Origin: a virus
Reading direction: 5' to 3' (one strand)
Virus record (IMG/VR): IMGVR_UViG_3300045988_101216
DNA: 44,644 nucleotides
How positions within the stretch are numbered: the stretch's first letter is position 1; every line of letters starts with the position of its first letter. Shown piece after piece: positions 21,880 through 30,250 of the stretch. Below the pieces are notes generated by a model. That model made no database searches. It was not told the origin of the DNA and saw only the letters and a program-made list of their open reading frames with translations. The translations under genes and the position numbers were made by a program.

Positions 21880-23754
21880 TTATCGAAACGGAAGCTCCAT
21901 CTGTGTGTCTTCATCAACCGTCATAAACCCATCTTTATCCACTTGAATTCCATCATCCATCTTTATCCAGACACACCGGCAGGATTGCCCATTAATTTTC
22001 TTTACTTTTGTCAGCTTTCCGGCTTGAGTCTGAATCAATGATTTTCTGTCTGCCCATGACAAAAAAGATTTTTTGGAGAAACCGCCCATTCTGCACAGAT
22101 CGTCAAAGGCTGAATTATAGATGATTGCATATCCATTTTCGATCATGCCCCATTTTTCACATTTGGTATCTGTGTCAAACCTCTGATCGTTCATGGATAC
22201 TTTGTCCAGAATATAACGGTAAGCCCTTTCATTGTCTGATAACTCGTTTCGGTCTACTAGGACCGCTTTCGCTTCATTGACAGACAAATACTGCTGATCT
22301 TTAAAAAGCTGTTCCGTAATAATCTTGTCTGCCACAAGTACAATCGACAGAGAAATAGCCTGCTTTTGCATCTTGTCATCATCAAATAGCTGGAGTTGGA
22401 TTTCTTTTTGCATTTCTCGTATTTTTTCAATGCCGATTTTTCTTATCAGTTCCACAAACGCTTTCCCAGCAAAGCCGTAATTTTGTTTTAGCAAATTTGC
22501 GGTTTGCTGCGGGTTATCATATATTTTTTCGCCGCATTCTATTTCCAGTATCCGGTTGATTGCCCCTCCTTGATTGACATAGCTGTTAAGAGGGCGCTCT
22601 CCATTGGTTAGGATGCAGTTTTTCCATCGGTTTTCCCGGTTAATCCCAAGCTCTTTGTTTGACCTGCTTTTCCCTTTCCCTGAGCAAAGGTCATACACAA
22701 TTCCCTCAAAGTTATCCCGGATTCTGGCAGACGTTTTGCTGGTATCATCTAAAATCATCGGTAAATGGTTCAGCATATCCGCTTTCGCTTCCAGAGCCAC
22801 ATCTGTAGTCTTAAAATCTCCAATATACCGGCTTTCATCTGGATTTGCCCAGACTGATGCGGCTAACATCAGTGTTACGGATTTTCCTCCTTCTGTTTCT
22901 CCCCACAGGTCTACAAAAAATGGCAGTCCACCGAGCAAATAAATGAGAACACTCGCAAATGACGCTGCCAGCATAAATTTGATCTCCATACGGCCAGATC
23001 TGCGAAGCTGCTTGACATGATTAAACCATTTTTCCCGGCTTCCGTGTTCCTCAATGCTTTCAAAAAGCTGCCTGAATCGTGTGTCTCCATCAAAGATGAT
23101 TTCTGTATCATACGGTAAAAAATCATCTTTTATCCACCCCAACTTACTGCTAGAATACTGGACTTTTATATAATCTTCGTTGGCATTCTCCACGTCAGCT
23201 AAATACTGGACCAGATACTTGGCATTTTCCGATGTGACGGAAATCCCGCGCCCTGAAAGAGACACGATTTTATTTGCGGATGTAATCATAGTCTTAGGGA
23301 CAATCATTTCGCTCCAGCGTCCATTGCGCTTATACACTAGTTTTATTTGTTCTTCCCCAGTTTCCAGGTTTTTCATTCGTTCCAAGGGTAAAATAGGATG
23401 GTAGCAAGCCAAAATGTCCGTATATCCAAAAGGATTTTCTTTGTATATTTTCTCATCTGTCGCAATCCACCCACGGCACTGCATCTGTTCATATGGGCTG
23501 TCGGAAAAGTTCGTCCAATTCTCCAGAGTGCAAATCCGCATTTTTTTCTTTTTCATTTCCCGTTCTACTCTTTTGCAAGCTTTCACCATTTCAGAAAATT
23601 CCGTCTTGCACCCTAATTCTTTTGCCCGCAGCCCTAAAGATGCTAATAATTCCGCTCGGTATAGTTCATCTTCTTGATCGAATACCTCTTCCAGAATATC
23701 GGCTTTTAGTATGGTTTCTTTCGTCAGTTGGTTCAATGGAACCATGGGCCTCAC
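21880..23754 (-). CDS. Replicative helicase/primase-associated P-loop protein (DUF927 / SF3-like)
   Basis: ORF track, 624 aa. Walker A LWGETEGGKS and Walker B-like PMILDD. Sits next to the CHC2 zinc-finger gene. Confidence 0.6.
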   Translation of the reverse strand: MRPMVPLNQLTKETILKADILEEVFDQEDELYRAELLASLGLRAKELGCKTEFSEMVKACKRVEREMKKKKMRICTLENWTNFSDSPYEQMQCRGWIATDEKIYKENPFGYTDILACYHPILPLERMKNLETGEEQIKLVYKRNGRWSEMIVPKTMITSANKIVSLSGRGISVTSENAKYLVQYLADVENANEDYIKVQYSSSKLGWIKDDFLPYDTEIIFDGDTRFRQLFESIEEHGSREKWFNHVKQLRRSGRMEIKFMLAASFASVLIYLLGGLPFFVDLWGETEGGKSVTLMLAASVWANPDESRYIGDFKTTDVALEAKADMLNHLPMILDDTSKTSARIRDNFEGIVYDLCSGKGKSRSNKELGINRENRWKNCILTNGERPLNSYVNQGGAINRILEIECGEKIYDNPQQTANLLKQNYGFAGKAFVELIRKIGIEKIREMQKEIQLQLFDDDKMQKQAISLSIVLVADKIITEQLFKDQQYLSVNEAKAVLVDRNELSDNERAYRYILDKVSMNDQRFDTDTKCEKWGMIENGYAIIYNSAFDDLCRMGGFSKKSFLSWADRKSLIQTQAGKLTKVKKINGQSCRCVWIKMDDGIQVDKDGFMTVDEDTQMELPFR

Positions 23755-23764
23755 CTCTTTTCTT

Positions 23765-24250
23765 TCAATACGGTATTCCGTTCAACTCTCCATGTACGTA
23801 GAGTTGATATTGCAGGGCATTGTAACACTCGCACCATTCCTCACTTAATGGTTGCAACTTTTTCAGTTGTTCTTGGAATGCTCCTATTTTTTTGATATTG
23901 AGTAGGCGCTCTTGTGCTTCTCGTTCTTTCTTCTTTTGTCTCATTTCCTGTCTTTTTTTTGCCCGGTATATTGCAAGCTGAGAAGAAAATGTGGGGCTTT
24001 GATAAGTCCCTCCAAGAGACTGGAACGCTTCCCGAAAAGAAATATCTTCCATCCGCTGAACAAACGAAAAAATATCTCCATTGGCCCCGCAACCAAAACA
24101 ATGAAAATCCTTATCATAGATCTTCATGGACGCTTCTCTGTCTCCTTTATGGAAAGGACAGGAAATAAATCCTGACCGATTCGGATATAATCCGTATCTG
24201 GCTATAATTTCCCGCATAGAATATCTTTCTTTTATTTCTTCTTTAGTCAT
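23765..24250 (-). CDS. CHC2 (DnaG-type) zinc-finger protein
   Basis: ORF track. CPFHKGDREASMKIYDKDFHCFGCGANGDIFSFV is the zf-CHC2 signature. No Toprim domain is visible. Confidence 0.8.
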   Translation of the reverse strand: MTKEEIKERYSMREIIARYGLYPNRSGFISCPFHKGDREASMKIYDKDFHCFGCGANGDIFSFVQRMEDISFREAFQSLGGTYQSPTFSSQLAIYRAKKRQEMRQKKKEREAQERLLNIKKIGAFQEQLKKLQPLSEEWCECYNALQYQLYVHGELNGIPY

Positions 24251-24765
24251 TTTTCTAACCCTTGTAAATGCTCTTTCAACTCCCTGTACAGAATGTCTCT
24301 GATTAACCTTCCCGTCGTCTCCTCTTTGCAGAAGTCTAACTGCATACCATACCTTGCCCGAAAAGCGTCAATACTGGCAACCAGGGCTTTCGCATTGTAG
24401 AGACTCCGGTATTTGCCGTTGTAAGCTTTCTCCCAGTTCCCGCCTTCCACCAAAAGGTAAATCCTACACCCGGACTCCCTGGCACGTTCAAACTCTCTTT
24501 CAAAACGCTTCCGCTCCTTTCCAAAGCATAAACACAGTTCATCCAGGTTCATCTTCCTTTCGATTGCCACCTTGCCGGAGAGGTCTAATTCCTCCCCGTC
24601 CGGCAAAGTACATTTGCAAGAATAATCCCCTTGTTCCAACTTTTTCCGCTCATAAGGCAGCCCTGTCTGTTCTATTCTCCTTTTTAACCGTTCTGTCGGC
24701 TGCTCTCTTGTATCAACCAGAAGCACCATACTGTCCAGGCATTTTTCCAAATCAAATGGTGTCAT
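24247..24765 (-). CDS. ERCC4/XPF-type nuclease
   Basis: ORF track 24247..24780 (TTG). ATG at 24765 preferred, behind GAGAGGA. Motifs LLVDTREQ, GDY and IERKMNLDEL. Confidence 0.65.
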   Translation of the reverse strand: MTPFDLEKCLDSMVLLVDTREQPTERLKRRIEQTGLPYERKKLEQGDYSCKCTLPDGEELDLSGKVAIERKMNLDELCLCFGKERKRFEREFERARESGCRIYLLVEGGNWEKAYNGKYRSLYNAKALVASIDAFRARYGMQLDFCKEETTGRLIRDILYRELKEHLQGLEK

Positions 24766-24776
24766 TTTCATTCCTC

Positions 24777-25376
24777 TCAATTAAACGGCAGTTCTTCATC
24801 AATTCCGTCTGGGATATTCATAAATCCATCTATGCCAGGGGTACTTCCTGTTGGATATCCGTTGTCTCTCTTTTCTTTCAAAAGAGTATCTTCCGGAATC
24901 GTAAACTTGCCGGAACGGATTTTTTCTACTGTTACCAGACTGTGGCAGTTTGTAAAGAACCCATGCCTGCCGTCAAATTCATATTCTTTGTTGTTAAACA
25001 AAGCGCCAATCATTTTTCCTTTTAAGGTTTGTTCATCCCAGTTCCAATGATATCCTGAATTAGATTCCTCGAAGGCGGAAATCACCGTCTTAAACCTGCG
25101 CATTGTCCAGTTATCTTGTTCCGAACCATCGTCCTTTGGAACACGGAGTCTGTATGTACCCTTCCATTTTTTATCCTCCTGTGTCTGCGCCCGGTAATTG
25201 TTGGCAAAAAATCCTTTATATTCGCCTTCCTCAATATCAAAAGACAAAAGGATTACGTCTCCCCAGCTATTTTCTTGATATTTCACATCTAAGATTTTCA
25301 GGACATAGCCCCCTACCGGAAGCCGCTCCTGTTCAAAATATGCCTGTGCTGTTTCATAACCATTTAATTTTTTCAT
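24777..25376 (-). CDS. DUF669-type ssDNA-binding-like protein
   Basis: ORF track 24777..25400. Start moved to the ATG at 25376 (MKKLNGYE). Acidic tail ...DGIDEELPFN is typical of SSB-type C-termini. Confidence 0.55.
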   Translation of the reverse strand: MKKLNGYETAQAYFEQERLPVGGYVLKILDVKYQENSWGDVILLSFDIEEGEYKGFFANNYRAQTQEDKKWKGTYRLRVPKDDGSEQDNWTMRRFKTVISAFEESNSGYHWNWDEQTLKGKMIGALFNNKEYEFDGRHGFFTNCHSLVTVEKIRSGKFTIPEDTLLKEKRDNGYPTGSTPGIDGFMNIPDGIDEELPFN

Positions 25377-25377
25377 T

Positions 25378-26019
25378 CTAAAATTCCTCCAATGCTTCAA
25401 TTACTTTTACAATATCATTTTCAATTTCAAAACTTTCGAAAGCTCCTAGGGGACTCTTGGCCGTGCTATTCTTCGCCTGGGTCTCAAAAAGGTATTTCCC
25501 ATCCACACACTTTGACAGAAGTACCGTAGTAAACTTACTTTCCAGCACAATCTTGTCCAGCTTCTTCCCGGATGTTTTAATGCGAGTAAACATATAGCCT
25601 GCTTCGTCATGGTCTGTCTGGGTATGGGCTGTAAAAATTACTGTCAGATCGTCTCGTAATTCATAGGCATAGCATACTAAATCCCAGACACAAGCGGCTA
25701 GATCAACCCATTTGTCATACCCTTTTTCCTTACTCCGACGCATTTCGTCCGCTATCATAAGCCCGTTAAGAGTATCAATAACAACTACTTTTTTATCCTT
25801 CCAGTCTGTTTCCAGCTTTTTTAATGCAATAAGCACTTGCTGTACAAAATCTGTCTTGATATAATTCTTGTTTTCTGTGTTATACTGCTGCTTCCATCCC
25901 TTCCACGACAGCCCCTTTTTATCACAGTCTATGTACAACGTCGTTTTGGGGTCTAAATTCCGCATACTCGTTGTTTTGCCGGAACCAGATTCCCCTGCAA
26001 TGCAGATTACTTTTGACAC
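25378..26019 (-). CDS. AAA_24 / Sak4-like recombination ATPase
   Basis: ORF track, GTG start behind AAAGGAGAGGAAG. Walker A IAGESGSGKTTS and Walker B VVVIDTL. Confidence 0.65.
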   Translation of the reverse strand: MSKVICIAGESGSGKTTSMRNLDPKTTLYIDCDKKGLSWKGWKQQYNTENKNYIKTDFVQQVLIALKKLETDWKDKKVVVIDTLNGLMIADEMRRSKEKGYDKWVDLAACVWDLVCYAYELRDDLTVIFTAHTQTDHDEAGYMFTRIKTSGKKLDKIVLESKFTTVLLSKCVDGKYLFETQAKNSTAKSPLGAFESFEIENDIVKVIEALEEF

Positions 26020-26228
26020 TGATCTTCCTCTCCTTTGTCATATACTACTTTGTCCGCCGTTTCCAAAATCAAAATCGTTGCGATTTCCTTCATGGAAAGA
26101 GTTGACTCGTTGTAAATGTCAATAAGCGCATTGTACGCTTCTGCGGAAACTCTAACGACTGCCTAGCATCCCTTTGGCAAACGTTCTCTATTTCTTGCAG
26201 GAATATGTATTTCCCACCTGTCGCTCAT
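26007..26228 (-). pseudogene. RHH-like gene interrupted by an in-frame TAG
   Basis: Manual translation MSDRWEIHIPARNRERLPKGC-TAG-AVVRVSAEAYNALIDIYNESTLSMKEIATILILETADKVVYDKGEEDQCQK. The TAG is at 26163-26165. The only canonical start after it is the ATG of MKEIAT, too far downstream to include the beta strand. Confidence 0.5.
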
Positions 26229-26382
26229 TTTTGTCCACCTCCATCAACGTTTTTATTGCTTGCGCATAATTTGAAATTGACCGGCTGCGATACTGCTCAT
26301 AAACTGGATTATCATTAATTTCTGAAAGCTGTTCATCCATCAGATCATACAGCCTGGAAATTCGTCCTGTATTATCCATCAA
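26188..26382 (-). CDS. Hypothetical protein (64 aa)
   Basis: ORF track. Confidence 0.45.
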   Translation of the reverse strand: MMDNTGRISRLYDLMDEQLSEINDNPVYEQYRSRSISNYAQAIKTLMEVDKNERQVGNTYSCKK

Positions 26383-26582
26383 CTCAGCTCCTTCCCCAAT
26401 GACCGGATATAATCGCCAATACAGTCTTCACAGACCGACAGCCCATTGATCTCATACACCATGTCGCCATTGTAAAAGCTGTCCTCCCGGTATATTGGCT
26501 GTTCGCAAAGATCGCAAAGGATAAAATCCCGGTCCGTCTGTTCGTGCCTTTCCGCATCGAATACTGGATTATTCGTTTTCAT
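26379..26582 (-). CDS. Cys-rich zinc-finger-like small protein
   Basis: ORF track 26379..26594 (TTG). ATG at 26582 preferred. CDLCEQ...CEDC pairs. Confidence 0.45.
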   Translation of the reverse strand: MKTNNPVFDAERHEQTDRDFILCDLCEQPIYREDSFYNGDMVYEINGLSVCEDCIGDYIRSLGKELS

Positions 26583-26715
26583 CTGATTCTCCAATAATCT
26601 TTTTCAATGTTTTTGAAAGAATGCATTCATCTTTATCCGTCATTCTTTTAATGATTTCCAGTTTCTCTTCTGCTTTGATTAATCGAATGAAATCTTCGTA
26701 ATCTACTTTAATCAT
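26569..26715 (-). CDS. Small hypothetical protein (48 aa)
   Basis: Manual translation MIKVDYEDFIRLIKAEEKLEIIKRMTDKDECILSKTLKKIIGESDENE. GAGAGGGAAA RBS. Confidence 0.35.
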   Translation of the reverse strand: MIKVDYEDFIRLIKAEEKLEIIKRMTDKDECILSKTLKKIIGESDENE

Positions 26716-26784
26716 TTGACATTTCCCTCTCTTTCTTTTATGATAAAGACAGGTATTTTTACCTGTATTTTTTTATTTAGAGCC

Positions 26785-26982
26785 TTATGGGGTGCTGCCC
26801 TGAGGCTCATTTTTACTTTCCAACCAGATCACTACGATCAAAATCACCAAGGCCATCCCTAGAAAAGTACAGATTGTTTGAGATACCCGGCCAAACTCAA
26901 AAAATCCTGAGCAGGTAATCAGGTATGCCAACAGGCCCGTGATCGCCATATCCCTAGCGGGGTCCTTCAATAGCTTTTTCAT
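26785..26982 (-). CDS. Two-TM small membrane protein
   Basis: ORF track, 65 aa. AAGAGGAA RBS. Confidence 0.5.
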   Translation of the reverse strand: MKKLLKDPARDMAITGLLAYLITCSGFFEFGRVSQTICTFLGMALVILIVVIWLESKNEPQGSTP

Positions 26983-27202
26983 ACTCTTGGTTCCTCTTTT
27001 CCAATATTTCTAGCGGTACTTTTAATTCTTCCGCTGCAACATACGGGAAAAATTCGTAAATCCTGCGCTTTTTGCTTGTATTTGCTACTCTGCTGTAAAC
27101 ATTTTTCCCCCTTTTTGTCTGCTCCCGAAATGCCTGAGGGGGAATCTGTAAGATATAAGCCGCCTGCTCTGCACTCCGTATAATTGGTCTCAGATGTTTC
27201 AC
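26954..27202 (-). CDS. Hypothetical, possible HTH protein (start uncertain)
   Basis: ORF track. The GTG start abuts the AGGAG with no spacer, so the real start is unclear. Confidence 0.35.
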   Translation of the reverse strand: MKHLRPIIRSAEQAAYILQIPPQAFREQTKRGKNVYSRVANTSKKRRIYEFFPYVAAEELKVPLEILEKRNQEYEKAIEGPR

Positions 27203-27205
27203 CTC

Positions 27206-27361
27206 CTATGTAAATATCCATATTAGGTTGGACACGAACAATGCTGCCAAGGTCAAAATCCATGCAATAAACCATCTCCTTGTCTTCCTTTTTTCTTGGC
27301 TGATAACCTCTACTGCCCATCCTTCTGCTTCTTTCCATGTCTTGATTTCTTCTTTTTTCAT
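27206..27361 (-). CDS. Tail-anchored small membrane protein
   Basis: ORF track 27206..27397. Start moved to the ATG at 27361 (MKKEEIKTW) behind GGAGGAAAAG. Confidence 0.5.
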   Translation of the reverse strand: MKKEEIKTWKEAEGWAVEVISQEKRKTRRWFIAWILTLAALFVSNLIWIFT

Positions 27362-27491
27362 CTTTTCCTCCAATTTTAGAACATTTGTTCTTGCCATTTG
27401 CAGGAAAATATGTTAGTATAATCTTGCAAACAGCTAGACAGGTTAGTTGGTTGCGTTGCCTCGGTAGTGGTTCCAGCACTGCCGGGGCTTT

Positions 27492-27593
27492 TTACTTATC
27501 TCTTTTATTTGCGATAAGTGCTATTACGATTAATGTCGTGATTCCTACTACCGCCCCTGCGATAAATCCAAGGGCAAATTCTGGTATGTACAT
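27492..27593 (-). CDS. 33-aa single-TM peptide
   Basis: Manual translation MYIPEFALGFIAGAVVGITTLIVIALIANKRDK. AAGGAGG RBS. Confidence 0.5.
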   Translation of the reverse strand: MYIPEFALGFIAGAVVGITTLIVIALIANKRDK

Positions 27594-27608
27594 TTCCGCC
27601 TCCTTATC

Positions 27609-27637
27609 TTGCTTTTCTCCTGATTTTTTCCTATACT
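27609..27637 (+). promoter_or_regulatory. Promoter TTGCTT-17-TATACT for the plus-strand gene embedded in the early region
   Basis: -35 at 27609-27614 and -10 at 27632-27637, followed by AAAGGAGAAAAAAC-ATG. Confidence 0.55.
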
Positions 27638-27659
27638 GTTATCAAAAAGGAGAAAAAAC

Positions 27660-27971
27660 ATGAGATTCATACCATCAAATCCACTCGATTCATACCATTC
27701 TCAAATTGAAATTGAAAATTTTAAGGAAGAACAGCAGCAAAAGAAAGAATTTATGAATTCCGTAAAAAGAATTGCTGATTCCGCTGAGCAAAAAGCTGAT
27801 TCTGCTGAGCGATTAGCTAATTCTTCCATGAAAATTGCTGATTCCGCAAAAATCCAATCTGAAATTGCTTCTAAACAATCTCAAAAAGCTGATATTAAAG
27901 GTTGGATTTCTGTTGTAATAGCTTTTCTTGCTTTTCTTCTTGAATTGTGTGGACGCTTGGGATTATTTTAA
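27660..27971 (+). CDS. Tail-anchored membrane protein with ADSA-type repeats
   Basis: ORF track, 103 aa. RIADSAEQKADSAERLANSSMKIADSAKIQSEIASKQSQKAD, then a C-terminal TM WISVVIAFLAFLLELCG. Confidence 0.6.
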   Translation: MRFIPSNPLDSYHSQIEIENFKEEQQQKKEFMNSVKRIADSAEQKADSAERLANSSMKIADSAKIQSEIASKQSQKADIKGWISVVIAFLAFLLELCGRLGLF

Positions 27972-28067
27972 AAATATCCCTGAAAGTACAAATAACAGAG
28001 TAATAATTGACATTACCAATCCCACATCTGAAACCGTTATCTTTGGCGGTTTCTTTTCTTTCTTCAT
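27963..28067 (-). CDS. 34-aa single-TM peptide
   Basis: Manual translation MKKEKKPPKITVSDVGLVMSIITLLFVLSGIFLK. AAAAGGAGGAAAT RBS. Confidence 0.45.
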   Translation of the reverse strand: MKKEKKPPKITVSDVGLVMSIITLLFVLSGIFLK

Positions 28068-28121
28068 ATTTCCTCCTTTTCTCACTCTAAGAAATACTCA
28101 ATGCTTACGCCGAAGTAGTCA

Positions 28122-28304
28122 TCAAGAATTTGATTTTACTGTCCGTCTGGAATCCTCAAATGCCTTGATATCGTCCTCAGAAATCCTGTATTCCTTACCG
28201 ATTTTGATTGCTGGCAGCTTCTTTTTGCGAATCCAACCCCAGATTGTAATAATCTGAACACCGTATCGCTGTGCTACTTCTTCACAAGTGTACATTTTTG
28301 ACAA
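28122..28304 (-). CDS. Excisionase-family / Cro-like HTH protein
   Basis: ORF track. YTCEEVAQRYGVQIITIWGWIRKKKLPAIKIGKEYRISEDDI is an excisionase-type (MerR-like) HTH. First gene of the early leftward operon. Confidence 0.7.
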   Translation of the reverse strand: MSKMYTCEEVAQRYGVQIITIWGWIRKKKLPAIKIGKEYRISEDDIKAFEDSRRTVKSNS

Positions 28305-28359
28305 AATATCACCTCTTTCAATTTTTTGTTGTATTTACCACTGTTTGCAGTTATAATGG

Positions 28360-28739
28360 TGATGTGCCTATTGGCAAAAGAAAGGCTGGTGGATATGTTA
28401 ACCAAACTTTTGAATTTGCCTGCTCCCTTAATCTAAGGTTGCCATAGTGGAACCAAAGCACTTAAAACTGGTCAAAGGTAATTACTGATACAGCGTTACG
28501 CAACTCAGAGAAGGAGTATAAAACGCATGGCTGGCCGCCTAACGGCTTCACTGTATCGTGTATTCCTTTTGTCTTGCCAGCGATTAGGCATATCGCAGAA
28601 CCATAACTGCAAAAGTGGCAAGGTACTTGATAGAAGCACTTGGCTCTATCGAGTGTGGTGAAAACCTGCAAAGTACATAGGGTAAACAAATTTGGCATAG
28701 AGCCGTTCGAGATAGAGCCTCGGACGGTTTCTTTGATTT
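28360..28739 (+). ncRNA. Candidate structured noncoding RNA in the immunity intergenic region
   Basis: No credible ORF. Helices: 28573-28579/28616-28622, 28580-28584/28592-28596 and 28629-28634/28645-28650. Terminator hairpin 28703-28711/28719-28727 plus a T-run. Possible promoter TTGTAT-17-TATAAT near 28328-28356. Confidence 0.35.
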
Positions 28740-28766
28740 AAATGCATAATTTAGTTCAATATATAC

Positions 28767-28923
28767 TTGCGTTTACTTCGGTTTAGTGATATACTTTGTT
28801 TACCGAACGAAATAATTCACTTTTGCAACATTTCACTTTTAAGTATCATCATACATTGCTTAACCGAACTATGCTTATACTATAACGCATTATTTCGGTT
28901 TTGTCAACATGTTTATTTCGTTC
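28767..28923 (+). promoter_or_regulatory. Repressor promoter/operator region with repeated (A/T)ACCGAA half-sites
   Basis: TTGCGT (28767-28772), 17 nt spacer, TGaTATACT (-10 at 28790-28795). TTCGGTT at 28777-28783 and 28895-28901. ACCGAA at 28802-28807 and 28863-28868. ATTTCG at 28892-28897 and 28915-28920. Confidence 0.5.
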
Positions 28924-28953
28924 TTGCAAATTAATTTGAATGGAGATGAATTC

Positions 28954-29574
28954 ATGTATGAAATTTTCAAACGATTGTGTGAGGAACGTGGAATTACTAC
29001 TTATCGTTTTTGCAAAGATACCGGAATAAACGCTTCTACAATCAGCACATGGAAAAAACGGAATACTACTTGCAACCTAAAACTCGCTACAACAATCGCA
29101 GAATATTTCGGAGTATCTGTAGACTATGTAATGACAGGTCAAGAATCTGATATTCCAGCATTATCCAATGTATTTCCTATCGAACTAAAAAGATTTCCCA
29201 TGCTCGGAGAAATAGCTTGCGGAAAGCCGAAATATACAAATGAAGATAGGGAGAGTTACATTATGGCCGGAACAAATATTAATGCTGATTTTTGTTTACG
29301 TGCCTCTGGTGACAGTATGATTAATGCTAGAATTTTAGACGGAGACATTGTTTTTATCAGAAAACAGGACATGGTAGAAAATGGCGAAATTGCCGCAGTT
29401 GTTGTAAATGGTGATGAAGCTACATTGAAAAGAGTATTTTATTATCAGGAACAAGCTCTTTTAATTCTAAGAGCAGAAAATCCAATATATGAAGAAATGC
29501 GTTTTGCAGGGGAAGAACTAAACCAAGTGCACATTTTAGGAAAAGCTGTTGCATTTCAAAGCGACGTGAGATAA
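28954..29574 (+). CDS. CI/LexA-like repressor (XRE HTH + S24 peptidase)
   Basis: ORF track 28909..29574. Start moved to the ATG at 28954 (MYEIFKRLCEERGIT). C-terminal half has RASGDSMINARILDGDIVFIRKQ...ATLKRV. Confidence 0.85.
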   Translation: MYEIFKRLCEERGITTYRFCKDTGINASTISTWKKRNTTCNLKLATTIAEYFGVSVDYVMTGQESDIPALSNVFPIELKRFPMLGEIACGKPKYTNEDRESYIMAGTNINADFCLRASGDSMINARILDGDIVFIRKQDMVENGEIAAVVVNGDEATLKRVFYYQEQALLILRAENPIYEEMRFAGEELNQVHILGKAVAFQSDVR

Positions 29575-29600
29575 ATATATAAAATAAAAAGGAGATCAAT

Positions 29601-30101
29601 ATGGAAAAGAAAAAATGTCCTCATTGTGGAATGCCACTTAATAATGGAATATGTGCCTTATGTGGATATAAAGACGGGGACCAGATTCAAAATAATTTCA
29701 GTCATATTCAAAACAACAATTCACATAATGAAGAGAAAGATCAGAAGTATTGTAAGCATTGCGGCCAATTAATAGACAGTGAATGTATTATATGTCCTAA
29801 ATGTGGAAAACAGGTAGAGAGTTTAAAAAGCGATGATAAAAATATCATTATAAATAACTCTGCTTCTTCTTCTGCATCCGCTGTTTCTACTTCACATGTT
29901 AGTATTCCTAGAGTTAAAACATGTAATAAATGGGTTGCTTTCTGTTTATGTCTGTTTTTAGGTTTTTTAGGTGGACACAAGTTCTATGAAGGGAAAATTG
30001 GAATGGCAATATTATATATATTTACTTTAGGTCTATTAGGAATCGGAGTAATAATTGATCTAATATCAATATTGACAAAGCCCAATCCATATTATGTATA
30101 G
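29601..30101 (+). CDS. Double zinc-ribbon plus TM2-domain membrane protein
   Basis: ORF track. CPHCG...CALCG, CKHCG...CPKCG, then WVAFCLCLFLGFLGGHKFYEGKIGMAILYIFTLG (TM2-like). Confidence 0.65.
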   Translation: MEKKKCPHCGMPLNNGICALCGYKDGDQIQNNFSHIQNNNSHNEEKDQKYCKHCGQLIDSECIICPKCGKQVESLKSDDKNIIINNSASSSASAVSTSHVSIPRVKTCNKWVAFCLCLFLGFLGGHKFYEGKIGMAILYIFTLGLLGIGVIIDLISILTKPNPYYV

Positions 30102-30250
30102 CGATTAACCCCGTGAAAATGAAAAAAATAATCAACACGCCCCTACATTCCAACCGTAGGGGCAGCACTTTGACAATATAATATACTTACCCGGGCAGCC
30201 GAGGGGCGTGCTGGTTCCCGTTCCGAGTCTTGCGGAAAGGGGAAATACTT

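Noticed and set aside
26979-27479. 166-aa minus-strand ORF
   Set aside because: It overlaps, out of frame, two ORFs that have good RBSs and sensible membrane or HTH features (27206..27361 and 26954..27202). Its composition is Arg/Lys/Gly-rich and unstructured.
28527-28667. 46-aa plus-strand ORF behind GAAGGAG in the structured intergenic region
   Set aside because: The sequence (MAGRLTASLYRVFLLSCQRLGISQNHNCKSGKVLDRSTWLYRVW) has no recognisable fold features and coincides with the predicted RNA helices. It remains only an alternative to the ncRNA interpretation.
28462-28698. 78-aa minus-strand ORF in the immunity intergenic region
   Set aside because: No RBS and a Cys/Phe-rich implausible sequence. 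The region is better explained by plus-strand RNA structure ending in a terminator.
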